DNA of 63,248 bases, filler included, from Neolecta irregularis DAH-3 (GCA_001929475.1; 7 parts of 7 records of this genome joined end to end with filler, not necessarily neighbours in it), one strand, 5' to 3'; shown: positions 1 to 13,681, numbered from the whole stretch's first letter. The notes: generated by a model from the sequence alone, not told the origin. Translations and numbers: made by a program.

Positions 1-423
1 CGCTCGCCGCGGCCGCACTACGCGGAGCTGCTGCCGTGGTCGCCTGCGCCACCGCCCGCGTGGCCGGCACCGCCACAGTCGCCGTGCGCGTATCTGCCGC
101 CGGCGTGGTCGCCCGAGATGCTGCGCCACGACCGCCACTCGCTCCTGCGCGACCACGCGCGCGACGCGTACCGCTCGGTCGCGCGCGGCAAGCCGGGCGC
201 CTTCTTCCCCGCCAACGCCGTCTACAACGCGCTGCTCCATCTGTACCCCGCGGCGCAGCTCACCGAGCAGGAAATGCTCACCGTCTGCGCAAAGAAGCCG
301 CTGGCGGACGGCCACTTTGACATCCACACAAACGCAGACCTCGCCTTCATCCGCTGGCAGGACGCCCGCCCCTTCCCGCTGTCGCCGCCCGCCTCCGCCC
401 AGATGCGCTTCTCGCCGCAGTAG
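1..423 (+). CDS. 3' end of a hypothetical protein (runs in from left edge), very GC-rich
   Basis: Frame 1 open from base 1 to TAG 421-423 (..EMLRHDRHSLL..FDIHTNADLAFIRWQD..), strong C/G third-position bias; family not recognised. Confidence 0.6.
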   Translation, partial: RSPRPHYAELLPWSPAPPPAWPAPPQSPCAYLPPAWSPEMLRHDRHSLLRDHARDAYRSVARGKPGAFFPANAVYNALLHLYPAAQLTEQEMLTVCAKKPLADGHFDIHTNADLAFIRWQDARPFPLSPPASAQMRFSPQ

Positions 424-496
424 ACTAGCCTGCTGTAGCCATGCGTATCTGTGACCTGCATCACTCTACTATTCTATTCGTGATCTCGTTATATTG

Positions 497-606
497 TATC
501 CATCAGTCATCCATCGCCCCCTATGCCTACTGTATCCATTGTCATCAGTCATCCATCGCCCCCTATGCCTACTGTATCCATTTCATCAGTCATCCATCCT
601 ATGCCC
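497..606. repeat. Tandem repeat, ~43-bp unit, about 2.5 copies
   Basis: catcagtcatccatcgccccctatgcctactgtatccatt occurs twice plus a partial third copy. Confidence 0.85.
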
Positions 607-1021
607 GCTCGTACTCTACAGAAACCAGCACCTGCTCAATCATCCACCGAAGAAACAGGGACCGGCTGCGCTGCTCCAGAGTGTACTCTATCCGCCGCTT
701 CAAATATCGCACCACACTCGAAAACCCCTCCGGCACACTCCGCCGCGTCTCGCCCTTCTCCGACACTCGCCGCGATCCGCTCTTCCTCCCCCCGGCCCCG
801 CTCTTCTGCAAATTGTATTTCTTCTCAATCGCCTCTTTCGCCGCTAATGACTTGGCCGTATGTCGGATTGCAACAGAAACGTGCTGCGATACCGGGACAG
901 GTCGTGCTCTAAATACCCTTCGAATTGTAGAAAACGGCACCGTTTCCAGAACAGCCGATTTCATCGCATTCAATTGTCCCGAGGATGTCTTTCTCATTCG
1001 ATCCGATAGTGTGCGCAACAC
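599..1021 (-). CDS. Hypothetical basic protein (probably last exon; 5' end unresolved)
   Basis: 140-aa open frame, convergent with the first gene; no recognisable motif. Confidence 0.35.
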   Translation of the reverse strand: MLRTLSDRMRKTSSGQLNAMKSAVLETVPFSTIRRVFRARPVPVSQHVSVAIRHTAKSLAAKEAIEKKYNLQKSGAGGRKSGSRRVSEKGETRRSVPEGFSSVVRYLKRRIEYTLEQRSRSLFLRWMIEQVLVSVEYERA

Positions 1022-1413
1022 TGGCTATTATATATCCAACACGAAACGGAATGTACGTGTCGTCTTCTCAAAGAGGTGGTCTTGGGAGGGGTTATTACCA
1101 CACTTGGTTTCGTTGCACCATTGCTAGTACCCCCTTTCCCGCAGTTTTCTTTGATCACTCACCCTGTTCAATTATCATTGTTCCTTACAAATATTACATT
1201 GTTATTTCTTTCTGCCTTGCCGCCAATAGCGCGTCAAGAGTCATTCACACCTGATCTGCAACTCATCCATAGTCATCTTCACTATTTCTCCGCCCGTCGA
1301 CGCAGAGCATCTCAAGATTTGATTCTTGTATATACAACACTGTCCTATACCCCGTTTGTTAAATGATCACTTTGTGTTCCGCTATAAACAGTCCATCCTA
1401 TAGCCATGAAAAT

Positions 1414-4131
1414 TCAAAATAAAAGACCGTCAAATTCTGGGAAATCGGTTTCCAGACCAAAATATTGGTACCTTGATCGAATCAGTATTAAACAGAATAC
1501 ATTTATACCAGTCGTCGATGTTGAGGGTACTTGGGGGTAAGCCATCCAATGCTTTTTCCTCTGATGATGTGTTCCCCTCAGAGGGCGACGACGTGGCCTG
1601 TTGGGGCATAGCCATGCCTGGGTGAACCTGCAGTGAGTCTCGGTTCAACGGTTCGTCAGGAAAAAGACAGGTCGGTTGATAATTCTCCCAGAGATAATCA
1701 GGAAACGGACAAGTCTTTGTGACAAGAAACATTTCAGGAGGCGTGGTCATCGCGTTTGCACTAAATTCGAATTTCCCTACAAACGGCGACAGCGGCGCTT
1801 TTCCTCCTAGAGTCGCACCTTGGACAGAGGGTATTCCATTGGATATTGAAACAGGCGGCGTGATCCCTTGAGTAGGACTAGTTCCAGGCGACAACGTAGA
1901 CGGCATCATGGGATACGAACCAGTTGGAACCCGTTTACGACTCGACTCTTTCGCTTTCGCCTTTCGTTTCAAACCTTGGGCATCGTTCGTTCCTCGACCT
2001 GCATAACGAGTCTGCGCATGTTTTTGAACACCTTCTCGCATTCGTTCCTTCATTCCATCGTCTCGCTGGATTACTTCAAATAACCGATACACCATTTGTC
2101 CTACACTCCACACTTTTGAAAGTTCCTTCAACGCTTTCATACATGTATCAAGTTTATTTTGTGCCGCTTCAACAACCGATAGACTAGCAGACCGGATTTC
2201 AACAACATGGAAAATCATCGCAGAGAATAAACTGTACACGCTAAACACATTAGCATTACTTACTGGAAGACGTTCCTGAAAGATGGACAATAGCGTATCT
2301 CATTCTTCTTTACGAATCGGTCGAAAAGTCGCGTGAGGTTAACTGCTGCTGTATGCGCTATACTCATCGACGGATACGACGAATTCGATCCGGTCTTGCC
2401 GATATGTGGCCGGTGAAGAAGACATAATGTCGTGCTACTAATCAGTACACGTAGAACGCGAGCGATACAAATATATAGAATGCAGGATCGCTGCCCAGTA
2501 ATTGAGTTCCATTGGATCCGATGATGTGCTATATCGTAATTCTGGAGGGAGATTCATAACCCAGCCAGCCAATGCCATGTCAGAATGCATTAGATTCGTA
2601 TGATCTTTCTGTGGACTTCGTCTCGAAGCCACGGTATATTGCCGCGAGAGAACCAGGCCCCTAGACTTGAGTCCAGCTAAATAGAATAGAATACATGATT
2701 TCGCACAGTTTGATATGATTGATGAAGAACTGAACATGTAACGGGATAGGAGGATACATCAACGACTGATTAGGACCGACTTGCTCTTCAACAAAATCTT
2801 GTTCAGTCAACATCTCCACATCAGAATCTTCCGTAGAAATCATCATTGGTCTTCCAAGAGCTTGAACCAATTAGATCTCGCTTTGTACAATAAAAAGTAC
2901 CTACAGCAGCCATCCGGTCACGCGAAAAACACGTCCACCATATTCGTCTCCATAATTGCTGATCCTTGACAGCCATTCTAGAGCATCGCACACTAAAATG
3001 GCTAAGTCTTGCCGAATATTACTAGTCCTACCTCCTATGCATACCAATGCCTTGCGCAATCCTGATAGCCACTCCAATCCAATAATATACCTATCTATTA
3101 AAATGTCTTTGAGAAATTCAACACACATTCTTGGTAACATCTTCAGGACCTTCCCACCACCAACTCAATACTAACAATGACTGTACAATAGCAACTTTAT
3201 CCTCCTCGAAATCAGCATCAAACAACGCTTTTGCACGCTTCCAAAAAGTGAGACTGGCGGCATTTGTAGAGCCAGTGTTCGGATCAATCAATGCCGCACT
3301 TTTAGAAACTCGCGATCCGGCTAGAAATATACTTTGTAATAATAACAACGAAGGCGGATTCGCAGAGAGATCTCCATATCTTTTCATAAAATCCGTTCGA
3401 TTGATAATTGGTAAAATCGGATGAATTCGTTGAAAAAAACAGTCTACTAATTCATCACATAATTCTCGAGGGGGTAATAGAAACGCCCCTCTCAGTCGAA
3501 GGATATCCATGTCTTCCGAGTCAAGTTCAATTGTTCGCGAAAAAGATTGCCCGTGTGGTAGCGGATAATGTAATACGGATTGTTGCTTTTGATCTCTATG
3601 GCTCACGAAAAATCCCAAATTCGACGATTCGCCTGTATACTGTCAAAAACTCGTTGATTATAGATCTTGCCGAGAAAGGCTACTTTGCCGTTTGGCTCGA
3701 TCGTCGATTTTTGACCGAGAAAATCAACATAGTGATTTCGACTTTCGCTCTGTTGAACAATTGGCGAATCTTCGACCTCGTGCGTGACGTTTAGAGGTGA
3801 ATGGGAAATATTACTTTGAGGCGATTCGGCTGAAAGATGCAAATTATGGACTGTCGAGAGTTCGAGCTGTTCCAACGGTCCACTATGAGATCGCCTTCCC
3901 CGCCTTACTTCTCGGATTCTATACATATTAGAATGCTAAATTTAATGGCAGTAGTCTACCTGCATTCGACGCCAAAGGCTGTGCAGTTCTATAACGTCAA
4001 GCCATTCAGTATTGGCTCCATACTGTACACGGGAGTTTTTCCACGACATCGCAGCGGACTTTGCGTTGGTGACACACTTCACATGCCACCGCGCTGCGAT
4101 TTCGACGGAAACTCATATTTGCACCCGACAT
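1414..4131 (-). CDS. Zn(II)2Cys6 transcription factor, cutinase transcription factor 1-alpha/FarA-like (multi-exon)
   Basis: Spliced N-terminus MSGANMSFRRNRSAVACEVCHQRKVRCD..PCTNCTAFGVEC; fungal TF domain (LRGAFLLPPRELCDELV, WWWEGPEDVTKN, ALGRP); C-terminus LNIDDWYQYFG. Confidence 0.9.
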
Positions 4132-4369
4132 GCCAAGACAATAAAGAAAAGAAAGCCGCAATAAGATTAAGCCAGCTGTTGGAAATTTCGCGAAATTTCG
4201 GACGGATCCGCGGGAATTTGATGTAATTCGACTCGAGATGGCCTAGCGCGGGCACAAGGAAATCATCCAGTTGAGGATTGCAGTTGGTCATGATTACAAA
4301 GTCAGACTACAATCTACATTACTATTTGCATAATATGTCTTACGAGCACTCCGAAGCCTTTTATCAGAG

Positions 4370-7300
4370 TTATTTGTCTTTACTTATAGACATTCCATTT
4401 GTGGGAATGTAGACCCGCGCAAGCAAAATATCGCTCACCGATTCCAAACCAATAATAAAAAGAACAAGCATACTGCTAATGCAAAAATGCGAGATTGTAG
4501 TCCCGATATCCAGCCAGCTTCCCTCGTCTCGGACGAGGTAGAAAAAATTCATCGTTAGTACATCTGAAAATACCAATACGATCATGAACAGCGACGATGG
4601 AGGAATACCGAGCCTTCGAGTCAAGATTCCGAGATTCGCTGAAAGAAGCGCAAAAGGCACCATCAATTTGAAAATCAGTAATGTCCCCATTGCGAAAGGA
4701 TCGAATATAGGTATCAATCGATATACTGAATCAAGCGAGAATGACGACAATGACGCGACATTCCCGGTCCCGAAAAAGGCTTCCTGAATCAGAAAAAAGA
4801 AAAATAACGATATGCTGGCATCTTGGATTTTCAATTGACTTTTCCTCGCCTCTGTAATACTGAAGCTAAATCGAGTTTCCAATTCTACCCATAATACCAC
4901 AAAGACGTTTAGCAGGGCATAAAATATTCCCTCATATGATATCGATAAAATAACAAAGGCGGGCGAAAAAGCGAGGAATATGATAACTATACGATGGAGA
5001 TAGTGATGATTAGGGTGTGGTGTGTGAAGTACCGGGAAGAGTATCGACGAAACTATTCTAATTAGCCAAGAGCTTAAGAAGGCTCACCCAATATAATCCA
5101 TCCCATTATTCTATTGCCTGCCGGCAGCCCCTTTTTCGCTTGTAGCGAACGTAGTGATGATCTTGTAATTACCATGGACAGTACGACGAGAGCTATCTTG
5201 ATGTCAGATACAGTATATTACAAGATTAAAACCTGGATTGTAAGGAGAGTTTTATACTTTTTCAGATTATTGCTTCCTGAAGCAGTTTGCAGGAACTCGG
5301 AACCCAAGAGTAGAAAGGCCACGCCAATTGAAACCATGATTGCACCTCCGAGCAAACTGACTAGTCAGCTAGCTGAACGGCTTAGGGAACAAGTTACACT
5401 AAAGTCTCACTTTCAGCTTTCCCTACAGGAAGTAGGGTGAAAACACTCATGCCAAGACAGCAGGCAGTCCAAGAAGCTAAAAGCAGCCTGTTTTCTCTTC
5501 TAAATTTCGATTTGTAAAGAAAGGTTCTTGCTGCAATTACCACAAAGCATAAACTAAATACTGATCTGTGAAAGTATCCGATAACCTGTGATCATCAATC
5601 ATGTAAAGAGCAAGTGAGAATACCATAGCTTCGAGAAAAATAATAGGTACGACAATATTACGCATCAGTTTCACACAATCCTTCTTGGAATCAATATTTT
5701 TCAGCAAGAACCGCGATCCATCAATCAGAATTCGTCGTTTTGCCCAAACCCTTCCCAAGAACATTACGGGGAAGAATACATAAGCGTAATATACCGATGG
5801 TGAAAGTTTCATGAATAAAACCACATAGAGTATCCCGAGTGTCGAAATGAGAGGAAGTAGGTTCTATACATGAGAAGTGAGAGGAGCGATATATCATACT
5901 GCCTGTTCTTGAGCCCTAGTGTTCAGGACATATGTTTCCAATACATTGACAAGAGCATAGCCAATCCAACCGATATACCCTGCTGTAATGATGAATTGTA
6001 AAAATACTCGGTCATAGCTGACAAGTCAGTGATATGCAGCAGATAGAATGATGCGTTTGAAGATAACGAAGCCCCTTTAGTCCAAGATCCACTAATTCGA
6101 GACTCTGTTCGATAGATTTATCAAACTCTTCGTTTAACATGAGGGTTTTGATCGTTCGAATTCGAGAGTCTGGGGAATTATCTTTGGCCCCAGCGAATGC
6201 TTCGAATGGTCTAAAAGCGATCTCGCTTGCCCGTTTTTCTGTTTCTTTAACTAGATACTGTTCAATGATTTGCTTTGCATTAGCCAAAGCTGCTCGACTT
6301 TTGACTTCTTTCGAAGCGGCGAGGAAATCTAGTGGTATCTGTCCAACGGAATTCGCAGGTATGTTGATTCCAGCAAGATAACTCTATAGAAACTCAGCAA
6401 CAGTAAGTAGAACAAGATACCATCAATGGAGCAATGTCAGCTTGATTAACATCCACTCTTTTAACTTCGTTCAATGACCAATCACTTGAAAATGCATCAT
6501 GCCCAGTTATTGAGTATTTATCTGGCCGTGCAACACCTGAACCCCAGGCGATGATGGGTGTACGAGTATTGTCCGGATGACCATCCCCATGGCTGCCCCA
6601 ATCGCTCATCCCATGGTCAGCTGTGAAAACAAATGCAGTATCATCGTCTCCATAAAACCGATTTACCATACTGACAAGATTCCGGACCCCCTCGTCTACT
6701 ACTTTAATTCCTCGTAGATATTCTTTAGAATACGGGCGATGCGCATGGCCTGCTGTATCTAGCCCAAGGAGATGGAGAAAAAAGACGGTTTGATTTTGTC
6801 GAAGAGATGCATCAAGGGGTTTGTCCACGGTAGCCTTGCGAAATAAGTTGGCGACTTGATCAAAGACCCAAGTATCGAGTTTTGTGGCATCTAGGCTTGT
6901 CAAGCACTGATTATTTTCACGCTCGTACCTTCAGTGAAATCCTCAGCTTCTTCTCCATACGAAAAAGTGTCGACTCGTGTTATATCAGAGGCTCCATGAG
7001 CGAACATGGGCAAAATGTCTGGGGAACCAAATGACCATGTATGCCGACTTTGATTGAAAACAGAATCAAAGTTCACAGGATTCATTTTCCATCCTGAGAA
7101 TTACCACTAGTCACTTGGGAATATACCTTTTGTCACAGCACTTACATCTTCGTAGAAGCCGGCGATAATAGCGACGTGTCCTGGTCGAGATTCAGTTGGT
7201 ACACGGGTGTGCGAAACACCAAAGGTCCCATTGTTCAGAACAATCGAGCGCAGAAATGGTGCCAAATGTCTCCTTTCACCGGTGTCTGGATCATTGTGTT

Positions 7301-7584
7301 CCTGGAACAATTTATCTGCGCGAAGTCCGTCGCCTTGCCCATTGTCAGTACCAATCGAATCGAATTTACTCAAAGTACCGACAACCAGGAAAAGCCGTTT
7401 AGATGGCGCAGGAGCGTCTATTGAGAAATGTTTCATTCCATGGACCAAGGGAGATCGAAAATATATATCGAATATTGACCTTAGCGATTAAGCAAATTAG
7501 AACGCAACGAGATGCACACTTGATATAAAGAACGTGAAATAAAATGCCAATCAGCAAAAATTTGCGCTGCGGGAGCATAGTCAT
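4370..7584 (-). CDS. MCD4: GPI ethanolamine phosphate transferase 1 (PIG-N), multi-exon
   Basis: [78 protein letters not shown]. Confidence 0.96.
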
Positions 7585-7744
7585 GCTAGAAATAGTCTTC
7601 GAAATCAATAAAGAACGGGTGCAGGTTTGGGAAGGGCAACAACTGTACTCGAGCCAAAAGTTTCCATTTTTATTTCTCGCCAAGCCAAATATCGAAAACC
7701 ATTTCCAATGTTCTATGTATACATGCAAATGATGTCGCCCCTAT

Positions 7745-8392
7745 CTACAATCCCTTTCTCTTCATATCACGAACAATGTTGACCAACCGCTTCACTCCTT
7801 CTTTAAACATTTTTCGATGGCGTTCGCTGCGCAGCCGTTTAGCCTTCACACTTGGCTTTTCGTAGTATTTTTGGCGTCTAAACTGTTGCCTGACATTGTT
7901 ATTTTTAAGGATATGATGTAGTTTGCGAAATGCAAATGACAAATCCCCTCTGTCAATTGCAACACTTCGTCCTGCATATGGCCCTACTCTTCCCAGTGTT
8001 TCTCGAGCGGATAATTCCCCGATACTATATTTATCCGCGAGAGATCGATTGGTTCCGGAAGCTGCCGGTTCGACGATATCAAAGACAAAATCCTTTGGTC
8101 TTGCGGTTGCTGAGGACGTTCGAGACATATTAAAAGGATCTCTCGGCCCATAGGCAAACTTATCCACCCTTTGGGATGGCGGAATCGAATCTGATAGATC
8201 GAATTTCTTTTTATCTTTCTTATCTGGTACTGCTTTCGCTTTGAGATATTCCCATAGTTCCGGACTGTGAGAGCGTCGTGATGTCCTCGATAATGGACGA
8301 AAGGAAAACAGGATGTGGCTTTTACGAGACGCAAGTATTGGTCTTGAACAACCTAAAGACGACATAATAGTGGGGAAAAGGCATAGCCGCAT
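7745..8392 (-). CDS. MRP21: Mitochondrial small-subunit ribosomal protein bS21m
   Basis: C-terminal S21 motif GRSV..AFRKL..NNVR..QKYYEKPSVKAKRLRSERHRKMFKEGV; basic N-terminal targeting-like sequence. Confidence 0.85.
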   Translation of the reverse strand: MRLCLFPTIMSSLGCSRPILASRKSHILFSFRPLSRTSRRSHSPELWEYLKAKAVPDKKDKKKFDLSDSIPPSQRVDKFAYGPRDPFNMSRTSSATARPKDFVFDIVEPAASGTNRSLADKYSIGELSARETLGRVGPYAGRSVAIDRGDLSFAFRKLHHILKNNNVRQQFRRQKYYEKPSVKAKRLRSERHRKMFKEGVKRLVNIVRDMKRKGL

Positions 8393-8608
8393 ATTGGTAT
8401 CCGTAACTTATGAATAAATATTTTCGTGGGGTTTCTGTTTTCGATCACGCAGTGACCACCTCAAATTTCCATCCTCAACCATTTACGTATTGAGACTGAC
8501 ATCTTGGCAATTACTGCTGCAGCTGCATTTTAACTCTCTTAGAACACACCACCTCTCCTCGCTCACCAAGATCTGCGTCTGAGCGAGCTGTATTAACAAG
8601 AAGCAGAC

Positions 8609-10847
8609 ATGTATAACCAACCGTATGGAGGAATTCGTATGAATCAAAAGTCTTTAGTATCATGATCTAATTAATCCAGCCCCATATGGAGCTGGCCCAG
8701 CTAGACCGGGAATGTCATATGTCTCTCCCTCGATGCCGGGGTTCAACTTCAGTGCACCAGTCATTCATCTTGGCACAAAGCCTTCCAGCTCGACTCTCTC
8801 GTCCGCGAACCTGGGCGTAGCTCCCGTACAAAGCCAAGCTTATGTTCCTGGAGGTGTCCCTGGTTCTCTGCCCTCGATTCAGGAACAGCTGAACACTATT
8901 TTTATTGGAAATATACCAAAAGATTTAGAAGACGAGTCAATGGAGAAGATCTTGATGGTTTCAACTTTTCACCAAGCTTTAGCTGATAGTCTCTAGTCTG
9001 CTCACTCCCGGCTGAGGCGCTGGATACGGGCACGAGACGCTCTGGGTCGAGCCTTTGGATTTGGATTCGCCGTGTATGCAGAGCCCGACGCTACATATCA
9101 GGCGATTGAAGTTTTGAAGGATATCGCAATCCCACCGCTTGAAAATGGTGACGCTTCATCAGTGTTAAAGGTTCAGGAATCCTAATTCATTATGTTCATA
9201 TTTAGGTCGTCGGAGATGCTCAAACTCAAACTTATCTCGACGAGCACTTGGCAAACAAAGTAAATCGCAATGTGGTATATAATATCTCACTTGCCATGTC
9301 ATATATCTCACTGTATAGCAACGAGAAGCCCAAACCATATCTGGTGCTCGAACGGCAGTGCTCAAGGTACTTGACGAACTCAAAGATCCCGCTTCTCGTG
9401 AGAAGAAGGTGGAAGAAAAGAGAGAGAAAGCCGAAGAAATCGCCATCAGGGATCCCAGCGTAATCACCATCCCGCTTTCAACCAGTGAAGAACTAAGCGA
9501 TGTTCCGCCCGAACAAAGAGCTGAAGTCGCTCGTGAGATAGCAAAATTCCGAGAACGATCAAATCGTCGAGAACTAGATCGAATGCGAAAAGAAGCGGAT
9601 GCAGAACGTCAAAGAGAGCTCGCAACCCGGCAGAGGAAAGCTAAAAATGTAGCCGAGGGAGTCAACAATACGCCCTTAGGACCGCGAGGAAGCGGTGCCC
9701 CGTCAGGACCAGCTGCTGATCGACGAGGTCCTAAAAGTAACGCATCGAACTACAGCAAGCACAATTTATTCCCTCATGAAAGCGAAGAAGATGTTCCAGA
9801 TGAAGAGTTGGAGAGAAGACGGAAGGAAAGGCAAAAGGCGGATCTCGATGCTGCTTTCGCCGAACGAGAACGCAGATGGCTTAATCGGGAACGCTCCAGA
9901 ACTTCTGCTCTTGAACGAGAAATGGCAAGGGATGCCGAAGAAAAGTCTCGTGAAGGAAAAGAGAGAGAAGCTTTGAGTCGAAGACTGGCTGAATGGGATG
10001 ACGACGTCGAGGGCGAAAGAGCGACGGAAGAATATTACAAAGACAGGTAAGTATCGATTTCTAATGCCGGCTGATTCGTTAGACAGAGCTGGCTTCGCCA
10101 TAGAACAGCCTTCCGTGCCCGAGAAATGGATGCCGATACCAGGGATAGATCTCAAGAAGACCGAGGAACAAATACAGATAGATCTCGGGCCACTGTCATG
10201 GCTGAGACCTTCCTAGCTCAACAGGCCAATGAATTGGTCTCGAAGTCAACGTCTGGTCCAATCAGACTTGTTTTTGGGAATGCCAAGAAATCTGCCGAAC
10301 AACCGAAGAGATCCATGGCTGAGTCAGAGGGCCTTTTGGAAGATGCTGAGGAGCCTCAGACAGAAGGAAAACGAAAGATTGTCCCCCTTGAGTACGATAC
10401 TCCGATAGAAGGTCACATGGACGAGGAAACAAGGCAGAGGAAAATTAAACGGCTTGTTCAAGATATTCCATCCGACAAGGAGGGTCTATCAAATTGGAAA
10501 GTTCGCTGGGACCAACTTGACAATGTATCTCCTATATTTTTCTTGGCAGCGTGCTAATGCGTCGACATAGTCTATCGTTGAAGACAAGATACAACCATTT
10601 GCAACCAAGAAAATTGTTGAATATCTCGGTGTCCAAGAAGACGACCTTATTGCGTTTGTTGTCTCGCATATTAAGAAAAAGGGTACAGCTGAAGACTTGG
10701 CGAAAGAACTGGAGATGGTATGATGCTTTTACACAGGCCTATTTTGCTGATTATATCCAGGCTATGGATGAAGAAGCAGAAGTCTTTGCGATGAAGATTT
10801 GGCGGATGTTGATCCTTGAACTCGAACTCAAATACCACAATCTGTAA
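8609..10847 (+). CDS. SNU71: U1 snRNP-associated RRM/PWI protein (RBM25/Snu71/Usp107-like), multi-exon
   Basis: RRM (TIFIGNIP, FGFGFA), E/R-rich middle (ERERRWLNRER, LAEWDDD), PWI domain (KKIVEYLG..DEEAEVFAMKIWRMLI). Confidence 0.88.
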
Positions 10848-11425
10848 AACATTTGATCAATATAGAGGCATTTCGTGACAAGAAATTCCATCTTTGAATT
10901 GAATTGCTCACGTGACTTTTCAGCTTCCCCGTCTTTACAGTCTCGAGGGCCGGTCGAGGCTAAAACAATTGGTAATGAATGCTCCCTTATCATACACACC
11001 GCCTCAAAAAAGCACATCTTCATATTCCTCAGTCTTTACAGAGTGTTAATTCCTGTTGTTTTATTTCAAATGCACACTCGCTGTGGATATGCCGTTGTGG
11101 CGGTTTATATGACGTATGAAGCTAACCAGGAACAAAATTCCCGTTGACAGGTTTTCGCGTTGAACAAAGTTCAAGAAAACAGTTATGTATTGACTGACTA
11201 GATTCATCCAATAGAGAGAATCGAAGTAGAATATCTATAACTAAAACGGGATTCCTCTAGCGGCAGTGCCTGTATCACACGGGAAAATATTTTCCCGAGC
11301 CACGCTCTTCGGCAATTTAAAGGTTTGCAAAATTACGTTTCATGGTGTTAGGCCCTCGCCACCCTTCAATTTCTGGGTTTTCATAAAGTGACTCTTGGTG
11401 TCAGCCTCAAAAAATATTTGCATAT

Positions 11426-12905
11426 ATGTTTCAAAATACTTCCCCTGCCCTAAAGTCAAACAGACAGAACTCAGGTTCGATCGACGATTTCGTAGAGAAA
11501 CAGAGAAATGTTTTTCCACCCATTACAAATGAATATCCTAATGCAGATGAATATCCTGATGGCGGATTAAAAGCTTGGTTAAATGTACTCGGTGGCTTTT
11601 GTCTTTTGGTTAACAGTTGGGGATTCATGAATTCATGGGGTGTAAGCTCTATATCTGACAAATCAAATAACAGTTCAAATAGGTTTTCCAAAAGTATTAC
11701 AAGGATAACCAGTTGCACAATTTCTCAAACTCGGAAATCGCGTGGATCGGTTCTTCTCAACCCTTCATGAGTTTCGCTGCTGGATCAGTTGCAGGTCGAT
11801 ATACTGATGAAGGCTACTTTCGCACAATTGTTCTTATTGGAACAATAACTGGTGTTTTCGGTATCATGATAACGAGTATCTGTAAAGAATACTATCAATT
11901 TTTCTTGGTGCAAGGGGCAATGCTTGGGATTTCTCAAGGCTTGCTCTTTACACCAGCAGTTGCCGTTGTTGCCACTTGGTTTCGTCGAAAACGGGCTTTG
12001 GCCCTAGGCATCGTTGCTGTTGGAAGTAGCGTAGGAGGACTCTGTTTTCCTATCATGCTCACAAAACTCATCCCAAAGATTGGCTTTGGATGGAGTGTTC
12101 GGACTATCGGCTTCATGGTCCTTGCTTTCGATATCATTGCGCTTGCTACCATGAAGTCGAGATTACCACCTCGGCTTCCTGGTCCAATCTTTGATTTTTC
12201 GGCATTCAAAAGTGCAGCATATAATTTCTTCGTGGCTGGTACGAACACACTATACAATCTCGATTCAACTGTGCAGGTATGTTCTTTGGTTTCCTCGCCG
12301 TGTACACTCCTTTCTACTACATCGAACAGTGTGCTATACGAGATGGCATATCCCCAGATATTGCGTTTTACCTGTTGTCTGTGATAAATGCAGCTTCAAC
12401 ATTTGGACGAGTAATTCCGAGCTATCTCGCTGATAAATTCGGTGCAATGAACATATTTATACCTGCTGTGCTTGTGACTGCGATTATCATCTTTATCTGG
12501 CCAGCGACATATAATCTCGCTTCCTTGATATTGTTCGCCTGCATTTTTGGGTACCTGACTCTTTACCATTGTCGGACTTACTGTTAAGATTTTCCAGTGG
12601 TGTATTTGTGTCCATGCCTCCTACTGTACTTGCGTCTTTATCTTCGGATATGTCTAAGGTTGGCACACAATTAGGAATGGTAGACGATTTACCCAATTAT
12701 ACTATGCTGATGTTCTAAGGCGTTCTTGATTATCGGATTTGCCACGCTAATAGGAACACCGCTTACCGGAGCTATCATCAGTGCTCAGAGCGGCTCGTAT
12801 TCTGGAGCGGCTGGATTTGCTGGTGGATGCCTTCTTATTGGAGGTTCATGCATGATAATTGCTCGCTCAAAAGTTGTTGGCTGGAAGTTTTTCGTGAAGG
12901 TCTGA
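11426..12905 (+). CDS. MFS monocarboxylate-porter family transporter (MCH4/MCH5-like)
   Basis: YPDGGLKAWLNVLG, WFRRKRALALGI..GSSVGG, GFGWSVR, FGRVIPSYLADKFG; multiple TM segments. Confidence 0.9.
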
Positions 12906-13271
12906 TTGATTGCCTTTATGAACAAGGTAACGAACGATACACGTTTACTTGCGTCAATGTAATGATGCGTTGACAAGATCACGATCAAAATTTTATAAGG
13001 CGCACAGTCAATTCGGCACTAGTGCCGTATGATAAACGATAACCTCAAAAGTGAGGCCCTATATATTATTATCTAGATTACCATCTCATAGACCTTGTAG
13101 AATTTACTTTCAAGTTTAATCCTTATATTTGATCGACAATGGGGCTTTGACAACTTAAAAATCAAGTGTGGGTGCGAGAGGCTCGAGATCTTTGTGGGTC
13201 AAATACTATAAATATATTTTGCAAATTTTGTAATAGTTTTGCCAAGCCGGTTATGGTTTATAAGTTATAAT

Positions 13272-13606
13272 TAAGCAGAGGGGTGATTTAACCAACACCC
13301 CCTAAACCCAACACAGTATAAATATATAATAAAAATAAAAATAAAGATTTTTCTCCACCACGATCTCTTCAAAATGGATAACCATGAGAAAATGATTCAA
13401 TCAGCTATTGAAGATCTCAAATCTGTAAAATTTACCTCCCAAAAAGCAGTAGTGGCAGCATATGGAATCCCGCGTGCGGCGGTCTACACTAATTGGGCGA
13501 ATCCACTGCCAAACAAATTGTCAAACTGGCCACCAAAATTACCAGCAATTGGCACCACCACAACGGGAGTTTCTTGGGGGTGTCGGTTAAATCGCCGCTG
13601 AGCTTA
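13272..13606 (+). mobile_element. Internally deleted pogo/Fot1-like (Tc1-mariner) element
   Basis: 31-bp imperfect inverted termini (13272-13302, 13576-13606; 5 mismatches) that begin and end in TA; encloses HTH_psq-like transposase N-terminus IQSAIEDLKS..SQKAVVAAYGIPR. Confidence 0.75.
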
Positions 13607-13681
13607 GTCTAAATTGCGAATCTACCAACAAACCCTGTCTAGAGATTCTATACATTGATAACACAGGAGATTTATAATATG

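Noticed and set aside
441-1127. 228-aa plus-strand ORF and other long antisense ORFs in the track
   Set aside because: Arise from tandem repeat, GC richness or shadowing of real genes
13014-13027. Perfect palindrome cggcactagtgccg
   Set aside because: Lies between convergent 3' ends, single short copy; could be chance
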